A stretch of DNA of 64,000 nucleotides from Alphaproteobacteria bacterium (GCA_026225415.1 JAMFSS010000006.1:1-64000); one strand, 5' to 3'; positions 9,914 to 19,522 are shown, counted from the stretch's first letter. The notes: generated from the letters alone by a model not told the origin. A program made the numbers and translations.

Positions 9914-10031
9914 TGAGGGCGTTAGAGGGCAAAAAACGCCTATCAAGCCCGAATCCAAATCAACCAACCCATTAATAAATAATAGATAATATCTGGCATG
10001 CCCCTTGCTTAGTAGATGGCAGGGAGAACTC

Positions 10032-11072
10032 ATGACCGATATCGCCGCCATTTCATCATCCACCGCGTCCGATAATAGCGCGACGCTGGCCACTGCCGCG
10101 TCGGCCAATAAGGATTTCAAATTTTATACCGCCGCGCCTGCGACCGATAATGACGACACGACGGTAAGTTTTGGCGATTTTCTGGATATGATTAACCCCT
10201 TACAACATATTCCGGTTATCAGCGCCGGATATCGTTCGATCACGGGCGATACCATAAGCCCTTTTGCGCGCATTGCGGGTGATACGCTTTATGCCGGTAT
10301 ATTGGGTGTTGCCTCTGCCGGTATTGCCGCCGTGGGCGCCATTGCCGATGAAGCCTTTGCCGCCAATAATGAGGGCACCGGCATGGTGGGTACGGTTTAT
10401 GCCGCCTGTTTCGGTGATGATCAAGCAACAGCCGCGCCTGCCACACAATTGGCCGCCGCCGATGCTGCGGCACCTGTCTATGGCGTGAATGGCATGACGC
10501 CGATACCAACCACAGCCGTGACAGCCACGGCCATCACGCTGGATACCGCGGCTTTGAATACGCAAGCACCCATTCTTGTTAACACACCCGCATCCGCGCC
10601 CCAGATGACAGCTCAGGCCGGTGATGTCGCCGGACAAGCTTTGCCATTGGATCGGTCCAAGGCTGCCTATGGCGGTGTGATGGACACAACCATGACACAG
10701 AGCGCGCAACAGAACCAATCTTTGGCGATGGCCCTGACGGGTAACGAAGGCATTATCAAAGCGCAACATGCCTTGCGGAACAGCCGCTTTATGTCGGCCA
10801 GCCCCATACCGGGCTCCGTCGCCGCAACTGACGTCACAAGCCAACCGCAAAATGCTTCGCAATCAATGATTATGAGCCGCGCGCAAGCCGCGCCTGTGGC
10901 GGCACCGGCACCAGATGCGGAAATGCAAGAGGCCATGAAACCGACCCCGCAAACCCAAGCCGCAATGCAGGGTATGTTGAAGGATTTGCAATCATTGAAG
11001 GGCATTGACCAATATCGCAATGCCGCCCAAAGCACGCCCATGCCGGGATCTTCCGTCAATTTGTCAAATTAA
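10032..11072 (+). CDS. hypothetical Ala/Thr/Gln-rich low-complexity protein
   Basis: AGGGAGA ribosome-binding site then ATG at 10032. The long ORF has coding-like GC. A conserved-looking segment (FGDFLDMINPLQHIPVISAGYRSITGDTISP) is followed by low complexity. Confidence 0.45.
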   Translation: MTDIAAISSSTASDNSATLATAASANKDFKFYTAAPATDNDDTTVSFGDFLDMINPLQHIPVISAGYRSITGDTISPFARIAGDTLYAGILGVASAGIAAVGAIADEAFAANNEGTGMVGTVYAACFGDDQATAAPATQLAAADAAAPVYGVNGMTPIPTTAVTATAITLDTAALNTQAPILVNTPASAPQMTAQAGDVAGQALPLDRSKAAYGGVMDTTMTQSAQQNQSLAMALTGNEGIIKAQHALRNSRFMSASPIPGSVAATDVTSQPQNASQSMIMSRAQAAPVAAPAPDAEMQEAMKPTPQTQAAMQGMLKDLQSLKGIDQYRNAAQSTPMPGSSVNLSN

Positions 11073-11126
11073 GCTTGACCTAAACGTCCCAGCCCGTGAC
11101 ATTCGCACAAAATAACTGTGTGAAAC

Positions 11127-12233
11127 ATGGCCAAGAATTATACCCTGCAGGAAATTGCCACCGCTGTTGAAGGCTGTTTGATCGGCGACGGCAATCGGCG
11201 CATCACGCGTTTGGCGCATCCCGCCGATCTGATGGGCGACGGCGACCTGACGCTGGCGATGGATGAAAAATTATGGCCCCTTTTGACAGACCAAAAAGAT
11301 GTTGTGGCGATTGTCGCCGGCAAGGAAGAGGCCAGCGCGTTTTTGCCCAACCGTATTATCGTCACACGCCCGCGTGTGGCTTTGGCAAAACTGACCAGCC
11401 TGTTTGCCGAATCTGTCCATGTGGCATCCGGTATTCACCCCAGCGCGGTGATCGAACCCGGCGCAAAGATTGGCAAAAACCCATCGATTGGCGCGTTCGT
11501 TTATGTGGGCGCGAACGCCGTGATTGGCAATGATGCGACGTTGCATCCGCAAACATATATCGGACAGGACGCGGTGATTGGCGACGGGGCATTGATTTAT
11601 GCCGGTGCCAAAATCGGCGCGGGCACGCGCATCGGCCACCGCGTGATTATTCATTTTAACAGCAGCATCGGCGCGGATGGTTTCAGTTTCGTGACACCAC
11701 AAACCGGCAGCGTGGAAGCCGCCAAGGCGGGCACCGGCAATGAAGTCACCGCATCCAACACGCATTTAATCCGCATTGCGTCATTGGCACCCGTTATTTT
11801 GGGCGATGATGTCGAAGTGGGCGCCAACACCAGCATCGACCGCGGCACGATCGCATCAACACGCATCGGCAATGGCACCAAAATCGATAATCAGGTGCAG
11901 ATCGGCCATAACGTCACCATCGGCGATAATTGCATGATTTGCGGCCGCGTCGGCATCGCCGGCAGCGTTAAGATCGGCAACCGTGTGGTATTGGGCGGCG
12001 CCGTAGGCATTGCCGACCATATAACTATTGGCGACGATGCGATTGCTATGGCGATGGCCGGTATTGGCGGCAATATCGCGGCACGCAGCATTGTGGGAGG
12101 AATCCCGGCCGTTCCGCGCGATAAAATGATGGAAAATTTCTTCCTGTTGGGTCGATTAAAACAAAACATAAATAAAATCAAAGAATTAGCCGACAAAATC
12201 GACGCTCTTGAGAAAAAAGATAAAAACGATTAG
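11127..12233 (+). CDS. lpxD: UDP-3-O-(3-hydroxyacyl)glucosamine N-acyltransferase
   Basis: LpxD N-terminal domain plus left-handed beta-helix hexapeptide repeats (IGxxxxIGxxAVIGxD...). There is an unusual charged coiled C-terminal extension (LKQNINKIKELADKIDALEKKDKND). Confidence 0.9.
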   Translation: MAKNYTLQEIATAVEGCLIGDGNRRITRLAHPADLMGDGDLTLAMDEKLWPLLTDQKDVVAIVAGKEEASAFLPNRIIVTRPRVALAKLTSLFAESVHVASGIHPSAVIEPGAKIGKNPSIGAFVYVGANAVIGNDATLHPQTYIGQDAVIGDGALIYAGAKIGAGTRIGHRVIIHFNSSIGADGFSFVTPQTGSVEAAKAGTGNEVTASNTHLIRIASLAPVILGDDVEVGANTSIDRGTIASTRIGNGTKIDNQVQIGHNVTIGDNCMICGRVGIAGSVKIGNRVVLGGAVGIADHITIGDDAIAMAMAGIGGNIAARSIVGGIPAVPRDKMMENFFLLGRLKQNINKIKELADKIDALEKKDKND

Positions 12234-12265
12234 CTGTATGCTCCTAAACTGATGAGGCTTGGATA

Positions 12266-12517
12266 ATGCCAAATACCCAAATTGATGAAATCCTCGATAT
12301 CGTTGCGCAGAAGGCGGTTATTGACCGCAGCAAGCTGTCGCCCGAGGTTAAATTGACCGATCTGAATGTCAGTTCTTTGGACATGGTCGAGGTTATTTTT
12401 GCCCTGGAAGACCGTTTCAGCATCCAGTTGCCCTTTAACGCCAATACCTCGTCCAGCGAGGTTCAGACCGTGGGCGACGTGATTGCCATGGTCGAAAAAC
12501 AATTGGCGGGGAAGTAA
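12266..12517 (+). CDS. acyl carrier protein, possibly a specialised AcpXL-like ACP
   Basis: 83 aa. DLNVSSLDMVEVIFALEDRFSIQLP carries the phosphopantetheine-attachment Ser in a DSLD context. The gene lies immediately downstream of lpxD. Confidence 0.85.
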   Translation: MPNTQIDEILDIVAQKAVIDRSKLSPEVKLTDLNVSSLDMVEVIFALEDRFSIQLPFNANTSSSEVQTVGDVIAMVEKQLAGK

Positions 12518-12519
12518 AA

Positions 12520-12650
12520 TAGAGAGAAGATTGAGCGGAACAAGAGTAAGAATGGAGGGAAAATGGTTAATGTTTCTTCCTTGTCTCGATTTTTCCCTCG
12601 ACTCTCGCCCTTCTTCCCGTTCTTTCTCCTTCTTTCTTGACTCCCCCATC
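12520..12650. repeat. polypurine/polypyrimidine element: an AG-rich arm followed by a CT-rich arm
   Basis: agagagaagattgagcggaacaagagtaagaatggagggaaaatgg is followed by ccttgtctcgatttttccctcgactctcgcccttcttcccgttctttctccttctttcttgactccccc. The two arms are partly complementary (gagggaaaa / ttttccctc). The same type of element occurs at 13084-13120 and 60970-61105. Confidence 0.5.
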
Positions 12651-12716
12651 TCAAACCCCCTATAAACCGGCGCTCGACACAATTAACTGAAGGCGCGGCA
12701 ACCCCGCGATTGAAAT

Positions 12717-13019
12717 ATGGCACGTGTATGCACAGTCACCGGCAAGAAGCCGCATTTTGGTAACAATGTTAGCCACGCGAATAACAAGACGCGTCGCCGT
12801 TGGCAGCCAAACCTGCAAATCTGTTCTTTTCCCTCCGAAATTCTGGGCAAGTCGGTCGCCATGCGCCTGACCGCCAATGGTATCCGCACCGTCGAACATA
12901 ACGGCGGATTGGATGCGTGGTTGATCAGCACCCGCGACAGCCGTTTGTCTGAGACCGCATTGAAGATCAAGAAGCAGTTGAAGAAGGCGCAAGCCCGCAT
13001 TGCCAAGGCAGCCGCGTAA
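12717..13019 (+). CDS. rpmB: 50S ribosomal protein L28 (long alphaproteobacterial form)
   Basis: [34 protein letters not shown] is the L28 signature. Confidence 0.9.
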   Translation: MARVCTVTGKKPHFGNNVSHANNKTRRRWQPNLQICSFPSEILGKSVAMRLTANGIRTVEHNGGLDAWLISTRDSRLSETALKIKKQLKKAQARIAKAAA

Positions 13020-13121
13020 CAAGACTGGGATTAGAGATAGTAAGGGGCTAGAGCAAAAGAGGCATTTGTCTTTTTTGCTCTAGCCCCTTTCTTTTTCTTC
13101 CTCTTCCTCTATCTTCTTCCC

Positions 13122-13976
13122 ATGTCCTTGCTGGCCACATCCTTGCTTGCGCAAACAATCGATGACCATATCGCATGGATGGCGGCGTGGAACCGCATGG
13201 CCTGTTTCGATACAGCCAGCCGCGCGCATCGTTCCGAGGCCCTGCCCGCGCCCGAATCTTTTGCCCAGTGGCGGGTAGAGACAGCCAAGAATTTGCAGGA
13301 TCAGCCCGCATTAGATCGTTTGGTGAGTCTGTATGACCAGCTGCATCGGGTCGCCAAGCTGGTGATGTTAAAAGCGCCCGACGGCGAAGCGGTTGCCGCC
13401 AGCGATTACGACAGCGTCACATTAAAATATCAGGAATTCATTATCGGTTTGCGGCGCATGGAGCGCGCCTTTGCCACCGCCGCATCGGGTCTGGATAATC
13501 TGACGGGTTTGCGGTCGCGCACCGGCATGCAAGATGATTTGTTGCGCGAGATCAGCCGGTTTCAGCGCAGCGGCAAACCGTTTTGTTTGGCGCTCATGGA
13601 TATTGATCATTTTAAAAAGGTCAATGACACTTATGGTCATGATAATGGCGACCGCGTTTTATCCGCCGTCGCCAACCATGTCAGCCGCTCCCTGCGTCCG
13701 TTCGATGATGCGTGGCGATGGGGCGGCGAAGAACTTTTACTCTGTTTGAAAGAAGCGGATATTACCGCCGGAACTTTGGCGTTAGAGCGTGTGCGGGCGG
13801 GTTTGGAAAAACTGCCGGTGAAATTGAGCGACGGGAAAACGATCACCGTCACGGCATCGTTTGGCATTGCCGAAATGGTCAAAGACGCCAGCGCCGACAG
13901 TTTGTTGGAACAGGCCGATAAAGCCCTGTATCGCGCCAAAGGCGGCGGGCGCAACCGTATTGAGCAAGCACGTTAA
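13122..13976 (+). CDS. GGDEF domain protein (diguanylate cyclase-like; variant GGEEL motif with an RxxD I-site)
   Basis: LTGLRSRTGM...LMDIDHFKKVNDTYGHDNGD...RPFDDAWRWGGEELLL...YRAKGGGRNRI. Confidence 0.85.
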   Translation: MSLLATSLLAQTIDDHIAWMAAWNRMACFDTASRAHRSEALPAPESFAQWRVETAKNLQDQPALDRLVSLYDQLHRVAKLVMLKAPDGEAVAASDYDSVTLKYQEFIIGLRRMERAFATAASGLDNLTGLRSRTGMQDDLLREISRFQRSGKPFCLALMDIDHFKKVNDTYGHDNGDRVLSAVANHVSRSLRPFDDAWRWGGEELLLCLKEADITAGTLALERVRAGLEKLPVKLSDGKTITVTASFGIAEMVKDASADSLLEQADKALYRAKGGGRNRIEQAR

Positions 13977-14181
13977 CTATATTACATCTTGTACTTATTA
14001 AATATTTTTCTGATCCATCAAAAAGGCAAGAAAGCGCGGTATTTAAAACAAGAAAATTCTAAACAATAAATCGTTATTTATATGGACATTCATTGGTCAA
14101 CAAGCGTAACCAAGTCGCTAGTTAAGCGCTTAGATGTTGCTTGATTTTTACATCACAATCGTTTCAAAAGGAGATATTTCT

Positions 14182-15486
14182 ATGAGCGAAGAACAGACAC
14201 CAGAAACAAAATCACCGGTCAATAATCGCATCATTGCACGAAGCCTTGGAACCGTGGCTGTCGTAGCGGCTAAGGCTGGCCTGGATCAATATATGCATTA
14301 TGCCATTGGGAACGAACAAGCCAAGCTTTCCACTACACAACTTCAAGATACTGACGCAACAGTGCAAGTCGGAACGATGAACAATCTTGTGCCCTTCGCA
14401 ACTGGCGCAGAATGGGCATTGACAGTTGGTGCTCTCTATCTTCTTTGGAACAAGCCGGTAAAGAATTTGCTGGCTAACCGTCGCAACTGGTTGCCAGTTA
14501 TCATCGCGGGTTCTTTAGTAGCAGGTGCGGCAACGACAGATCGGATCCAGACCGGTATCGCACCAGCAATGGCAGGTAGCAGCCACGTTGACAGCACTGA
14601 ATATGTTACCATTGGCTCAAACGAAACAGCCTTTGCGATACCTATGCAAGGCGCAAACAGAAAAAACCAAGCCGAGTTTATGTCTGAACAATTTCTGCGC
14701 GACAACAAGGTTGCGACGAAACGTTTTCAAGTTCCGCACATGCACTACTTTCCGTGGGGCAGCTTGACAGGTCTATACATTCCAGCAACTCAGCTTTTGG
14801 TTGTTGATCGGACACCTTTTGTTCAGGATTGGCAAGACGGTTCTAACGGTACTTCACCTGGCAATCAGGGTTTCCATATGCAAACCTCGGATGGGATTGC
14901 TCTTTCGTTCGGACTTATTGTGTCTGCTTCGGTCAAGGAAGAAGATGCCGCAAGATTTGTCTATAATTTTGGCGCACGCCCCGTCACAGGCGAAGACCCC
15001 ACCTATGCCTCTGTCGTACATGGGCGCAGTTTGGCGGATGTTATGGACACCAAGGTTCGCGGCGCGGTGCAGGCTGCTTTGTCCAGAGAATATGGCTCTT
15101 TAACAGCCGATCAAGCCTTGGCGCAAAAAGCAACTATCATGACCACGGTTCAGAAAGAAGTGACAGACTTCTATGCCCAAAAAGGTATCACCATTGAAAC
15201 AGTTGGCTACTCGACTTCACCCAAGTTTGATGACCAAAAAATTCAGCAAGCCCTAAACGAAGTATATACCAATGCGAAAACAGCCCAAGCAAATCTTGAG
15301 CTGTTAAAAGGGCTTGATTTAGCTAAAGCACAGGCTGAAATTAACAATAGAAACGCAGATGCTGTTGCGAAGATGAAATTTGGTCAATGGAATGGTGAGC
15401 TAAAAACACCGCAAATCGTTACCCCCAATGGCCCGATGTTTTATGGCACTCCAAACTCGGTCGGCCTTGCGTTACAACCTAAATAA
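14182..15486 (+). CDS. SPFH/band-7-like membrane protein (putative), encoded in an AT-rich islet
   Basis: The start is trimmed to MSEEQT with an AAAGGAG ribosome-binding site. It has N-terminal transmembrane helices. The C-terminal part (GITIETVGYSTSPKFDDQKIQQALNEVYTNAKTAQANLELLKGL...AQAEINNRNADA) matches the HflK/C-stomatin domain-end pattern. GC is lower than the surroundings. Confidence 0.45.
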   Translation: MSEEQTPETKSPVNNRIIARSLGTVAVVAAKAGLDQYMHYAIGNEQAKLSTTQLQDTDATVQVGTMNNLVPFATGAEWALTVGALYLLWNKPVKNLLANRRNWLPVIIAGSLVAGAATTDRIQTGIAPAMAGSSHVDSTEYVTIGSNETAFAIPMQGANRKNQAEFMSEQFLRDNKVATKRFQVPHMHYFPWGSLTGLYIPATQLLVVDRTPFVQDWQDGSNGTSPGNQGFHMQTSDGIALSFGLIVSASVKEEDAARFVYNFGARPVTGEDPTYASVVHGRSLADVMDTKVRGAVQAALSREYGSLTADQALAQKATIMTTVQKEVTDFYAQKGITIETVGYSTSPKFDDQKIQQALNEVYTNAKTAQANLELLKGLDLAKAQAEINNRNADAVAKMKFGQWNGELKTPQIVTPNGPMFYGTPNSVGLALQPK

Positions 15487-15504
15487 TAAAGCTTTTGTTT
15501 ACAG

Positions 15505-15532
15505 CCTTCTCCAGTTGAAAAACTGGAGAAGG
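15505..15532 (+). terminator. rho-independent terminator hairpin
   Basis: ccttctccagttgaaaaactggagaagg sits after the 14182..15486 gene. Confidence 0.5.
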
Positions 15533-15552
15533 TCAAACAAAAAATTAAGAGA

Positions 15553-15582
15553 AAGCCGCTTTGTTCGCAAAGCGGTTTTTTT
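15553..15582. terminator. hairpin with a T-run; bidirectional terminator that also serves dnaJ
   Basis: agccgctttgttcgcaaagcggttttttt. dnaJ ends at 15604 on the opposite strand. Confidence 0.5.
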
Positions 15583-15603
15583 ATTTAAGGGATGGCTAAA
15601 CGC

Positions 15604-16740
15604 CTACTTCCGACCCAACGCTTCTTTGACACGGGTAATAAAGCTTTCGCTTTCAGGATGGGTTTTGTTGTTTTCGGCTTCGACCGCAAATTCCTGCAAC
15701 AATTCCTTTTGCCGTTTGGTCAGGTGTGCCGGTGTTTCGACCGCCAGCTCGACATACAAATCGCCGCGCGAACCGCCGCGTAAAATACTCATGCCCTTAT
15801 TTTTAATTCTGGCGCGGTGGCCGGATTGCGTCGCGGCGTCGATTTTGACTTCGGCCACATTGCCATCAATCGTAGGCACTTCAATGCTGCCGCCAAGTGC
15901 CGCCGTCGTCATGGCGATGGGGGCGCGGCAGTATAAATTCGCGCCGTCGCGTTGGAAAATGGGATGTTGTTCGACGCCAAGTATAACATACAGATCGCCC
16001 GCACCGCCGCCGCGCGCTCCCGCCTCGCCTTCGCCTTGCAACCTGATGCGCATGCCGTCTTCGACACCGGCGGGGATTTCGACCGCCAAAGTGCGTTGTT
16101 GGCGCACGCGCCCTTGGCCATTACATTTTTTGCATGGCGACTGGATAACACGTCCCGCGCCTTGGCAAGTGGGGCATGTGCGTTCGACCGTAAAAAATCC
16201 TTGTTGCGCGCGGACGCGGCCATGGCCTTTGCACATGGTGCAATCGATCGGCGCGGTGCCGGGCGTAGCGCCCGTCCCTTTGCAATCGTCGCAGGCAACC
16301 GCATTGGGTATGGTGATATTTTTGGTGACGCCTGCGAAAGAGTCTTCGAGCGATATATCAAGATCGTAACGCAGATCGGCGCCGCGTTGCGCGCCCTGGG
16401 ATTGCGATTGGCGACGTCCACCGCCGCCCAGAATTTCGCCGAACATTTCATCGAATATGTCAGAAAAACCCGCGCCAAATTCAAAACCACCGAAACCCCC
16501 ACCTCCGCCGCCTTGTTCGAATGCAGCATGGCCGAAACGGTCATAGGCCGCGCGGCGTTGGTCATCGCGCAAGACGTCATAGGCTTCGTTGACTTCTTTG
16601 AATTTATGTTCGGCTTCGGCGTTGCCCGGATTGCGGTCGGGATGATATTTCATCGCCTGCGCACGATAAGCTTTTTTCAGCTCATCCGCCGATGCGCCTT
16701 TGGAGGCGCCTAAAAGCTCGTAATAATCTTTCTTAGCCAT
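15604..16740 (-). CDS. dnaJ: molecular chaperone DnaJ
   Basis: J-domain (YHPDRNPGN) and G/F-rich region are present. There are four CxxCxGxG zinc-finger repeats and a C-terminal domain. No dnaK lies adjacent upstream. Confidence 0.95.
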   Translation of the reverse strand: MAKKDYYELLGASKGASADELKKAYRAQAMKYHPDRNPGNAEAEHKFKEVNEAYDVLRDDQRRAAYDRFGHAAFEQGGGGGGFGGFEFGAGFSDIFDEMFGEILGGGGRRQSQSQGAQRGADLRYDLDISLEDSFAGVTKNITIPNAVACDDCKGTGATPGTAPIDCTMCKGHGRVRAQQGFFTVERTCPTCQGAGRVIQSPCKKCNGQGRVRQQRTLAVEIPAGVEDGMRIRLQGEGEAGARGGGAGDLYVILGVEQHPIFQRDGANLYCRAPIAMTTAALGGSIEVPTIDGNVAEVKIDAATQSGHRARIKNKGMSILRGGSRGDLYVELAVETPAHLTKRQKELLQEFAVEAENNKTHPESESFITRVKEALGRK

Positions 16741-16827
16741 TTCCAGCCCTTAACGTAATTTGTCGGTGTTATATAGGGGCTGGGGTAGATAATGACAATG
16801 GGGCAGAAAACGCTTTTAAAAGCTGTT

Positions 16828-17586
16828 TTAACCGTTGGTCGTCGTTGTTGGCGCGCCCGCCGTTGCCACAGGCGTATAGGTATAAGGCGAGAAGACATTG
16901 GTGATATCGGCCGAAGAGAGCGACAGGCTGCCCGCCACCAGCTCCAGACTACCATCGCTGTTGGATTGCACGCTGGTGACTTTGAAGAGGGCCACGGGGC
17001 TGCTGACGGCGATTGCGTTGCTGGCATTATCGATGGCATTGACGGTAAAGGTATAGGCACCATCAGGTGCCGTGGTCGTGCCGTCATTTTCCAGCCCGTT
17101 CCAGGTGACATAATTGCCGCCCGCCGCGCTGCCGCCATTGATGGTGGAAACGGTGGCGCCCGTGGAATCGCGGATGGTGATTGTTGTGCTGCTGGCGGCA
17201 CTCGCGAGGCTGTAGCCGAATTCCGACGCGCTGTTTTCCAGAGGAAATTGATATTGCGCGCTATTGGCCTGAACCAGCGAACCGACATAGCCGATGCCTG
17301 TCGCGAGGCTGTTGGTGGCGGATGCGGCGGTAAGATTCTGCAAATCGGTATTGGTGGTGATTTGTTGTTGCACCTGTGCCATCTGCACCAGTTCTTGCGT
17401 AAACTGGTTAGGATCGGCCGCATTGGTCGGATCCTGATTTTGCAGCTGGGTTGTCAGAATTTTCAGATAGGTCGCGAAATCCAGATTAAGCGAGGATGAC
17501 AAGGAGCTGGTCGAGCTGGTGGTTGCCGTTGAAGATGCCGCCGCTGCCGATGCGTTATTAAGGGTGGTGATTGCTGCAATTGTCAT
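16828..17586 (-). CDS. flgD: flagellar hook-assembly (capping) protein FlgD
   Basis: LDFATYLKILTTQLQNQDPTNAADPNQFTQELVQMAQVQQQI is the FlgD N-terminal signature. Confidence 0.8.
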   Translation of the reverse strand: MTIAAITTLNNASAAAASSTATTSSTSSLSSSLNLDFATYLKILTTQLQNQDPTNAADPNQFTQELVQMAQVQQQITTNTDLQNLTAASATNSLATGIGYVGSLVQANSAQYQFPLENSASEFGYSLASAASSTTITIRDSTGATVSTINGGSAAGGNYVTWNGLENDGTTTAPDGAYTFTVNAIDNASNAIAVSSPVALFKVTSVQSNSDGSLELVAGSLSLSSADITNVFSPYTYTPVATAGAPTTTTNG

Positions 17587-17605
17587 CGGATGCTCCTCTG
17601 GCCCT

Positions 17606-19522
17606 TCACGCCACGATATTTACGGCGCTGGGCGTAATGTAATATAACTCTGTCACCGAACCGATATCGACAAGCCCACCTTCGGTTCCATCTCCACCCT
17701 GATCAGATGCAGTTTGCGTGCCATTGGCAGAATCGCCGGTGCCGTTACCTTGGCCTGCACTTTGGTTCGTGTTTTGGCCGTTGCCATTCAGGTTGAATTG
17801 CAAACTGCCGGGGTCGGCGCGCAGCCCTGCATCCTGCAGCGCGCGTTCGAGGCTTCGGGAATCCTTCTGAAGCAGGTCAAGGGTTTTTGGATTATCGGCG
17901 GTGACGACACCCTGCACTTTGCCATCATTGCTGAAATCCAGCTTGACCGTTATTTTCCCCATATCGGCGGGGTGAAGTTGCAGTGACATTTGGTCATTGC
18001 CGCTTTTGACGCTGCGGTTCATTTGCAAAATGACCTGATCGACGGCGGATTGCATGGCGGCTGCGTTGCTGCCTGTGGCGCGCGTAGCCGACAAGGTGCT
18101 GGCGAAACTGTAGGTGCCGGATGCCGTGGCACCAACCGCCGTCATGCCCGAGCCAAGATCATTATTGGTTGAAGCAGATACGGATGAGCGGTTGCCATCG
18201 GTGAAAGATTGTGAGGCGTTTTGTTTATCGCCGGTGGGTTGTTTATCACTACCGGTCGTCAAAGCGGTAGTTTCTGTGGCCGCGCTTGTTGTAGCGGTTT
18301 CATCGGATGATGTTTGGGTTGACGCGGCAGAATTTGCCGTTTGCGTAACAGCGGTTGGCAGCGCGGTTCTGATATCCTTGTCGGTTGTCAAAGCGGGTTT
18401 AAGCGCGGCGAGGATATTTGTCGTAACGCTGGCATCGGCCTGAACCGCCGTTGCTGTCAAGGTGCGCGCGGCGGAAGCGTTTTGGGTCTGATCTTGCTGT
18501 TGCAAAGCCGCGATAGAGTTTTTCAGGCTGGCATCAAGCAGCGTCAATTGCGCCGTCAGATCGGACGAAGCGGGTGCAGCAGCCGTGGATGTTGTTGTGG
18601 CCGTAGTAGTGGAGTCTGTGCCAGCAACCGTGGGCAGCAATTTCTGAACATCTTTTTCAAGAAGTTTCAACAGATCAAGAAGCGGATCGGTTGTCCCGTT
18701 ATTTTGCGCGGCGGTTAACATGGCCGTCAGGGTGGTTGAAAAACTACCCCCTGCATCCGTTGTATCTGTTGTTACATCATCACCCGTGCCAGAACCGCCC
18801 ATTAAACCGGCATTTGTGGTGACAGCCGCCGCCAGCGAGGCCAGCGCCGAAGCGCCGCCCGTACCATCGGTTGAGCCTGTTGCATTGTCCGCATCCACAG
18901 ATGTGGTGGATGTGCCGCCCGATGTATTTTGCGCCTGTTCCAGATTGTGCATGGTGATTTGCGTCATAGCCAGAAGTTCGGCGATGATTTCAGCCAGCGT
19001 TTGTTGGGTGGGGTCGGTCGGTTGTGTTGTGTCTGATGTGTTTGTCGCGTCTGTGCTGCCTGACGCATGACTGTTTGTGGTCTGGCTGGCGGTTTTATCG
19101 GACAATGGATGTTTGGTTTTATCCGGCGACGAAGCCGTGGTTGAGGCACCTGTTTGGGTCGCGGCAGAAGATGCCTTGTTTTGATGCAGTGTCTGCAGGA
19201 TTTTGTGCAGCGTCGATGAAATATCGGCCAGCTTGGCGATAATCGATGACGAAGGCGCGGCGGTATCGTCTGAGCTGTAGGGTGATGTTGTTGGCCCCTG
19301 GTCGCCAGAGGAAGAAAGCGAAGAGGATGTCGTGGATGCAGGCGCGGATGTGACCGGCGTTTGCGCCGCCAAGGCCGTTTGCAAACTGTCGCTTTCGGAC
19401 AAAAGAGTGGAAAAGAGATCGCTGGTGGTTGTGATGCCGCTGGAACCACCATCGGCCAAAAATCCGCCCAACAGGGAGGCGCTGCGGGACAGGGTGTCGG
19501 CCAGAAGACTTGCTTGATCCAT
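17606..19522 (-). CDS. fliK: flagellar hook-length control protein FliK
   Basis: A long Thr/Ser/Ala-rich low-complexity N-terminus. The C-terminal Flg_hook domain reads MSLQLHPADMGKITVKLDFSNDGKVQGVVTADNPKTLDLLQKDSRSLERALQDAGL. Confidence 0.75.
   Translation of the reverse strand: MDQASLLADTLSRSASLLGGFLADGGSSGITTTSDLFSTLLSESDSLQTALAAQTPVTSAPASTTSSSLSSSGDQGPTTSPYSSDDTAAPSSSIIAKLADISSTLHKILQTLHQNKASSAATQTGASTTASSPDKTKHPLSDKTASQTTNSHASGSTDATNTSDTTQPTDPTQQTLAEIIAELLAMTQITMHNLEQAQNTSGGTSTTSVDADNATGSTDGTGGASALASLAAAVTTNAGLMGGSGTGDDVTTDTTDAGGSFSTTLTAMLTAAQNNGTTDPLLDLLKLLEKDVQKLLPTVAGTDSTTTATTTSTAAAPASSDLTAQLTLLDASLKNSIAALQQQDQTQNASAARTLTATAVQADASVTTNILAALKPALTTDKDIRTALPTAVTQTANSAASTQTSSDETATTSAATETTALTTGSDKQPTGDKQNASQSFTDGNRSSVSASTNNDLGSGMTAVGATASGTYSFASTLSATRATGSNAAAMQSAVDQVILQMNRSVKSGNDQMSLQLHPADMGKITVKLDFSNDGKVQGVVTADNPKTLDLLQKDSRSLERALQDAGLRADPGSLQFNLNGNGQNTNQSAGQGNGTGDSANGTQTASDQGGDGTEGGLVDIGSVTELYYITPSAVNIVA

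Noticed and set aside
12483-12665. 60-aa ORF and the ATG after GGAGGGAAA within the AG/CT element downstream of the ACP gene
   Set aside because: The sequence is low-complexity polypyrimidine and the reading frame is not conserved-looking. I treat it as a structural or repeat element and not as coding.
15428-17499. Long ORFs antisense to or overlapping dnaJ and flgD (15428..16369 +, 15952..16713 +, 16710..17423 -, 16792..17499 +)
   Set aside because: dnaJ and flgD are full-length with hallmark motifs. The alternative frames are low-complexity Arg/Ala/Pro-rich.
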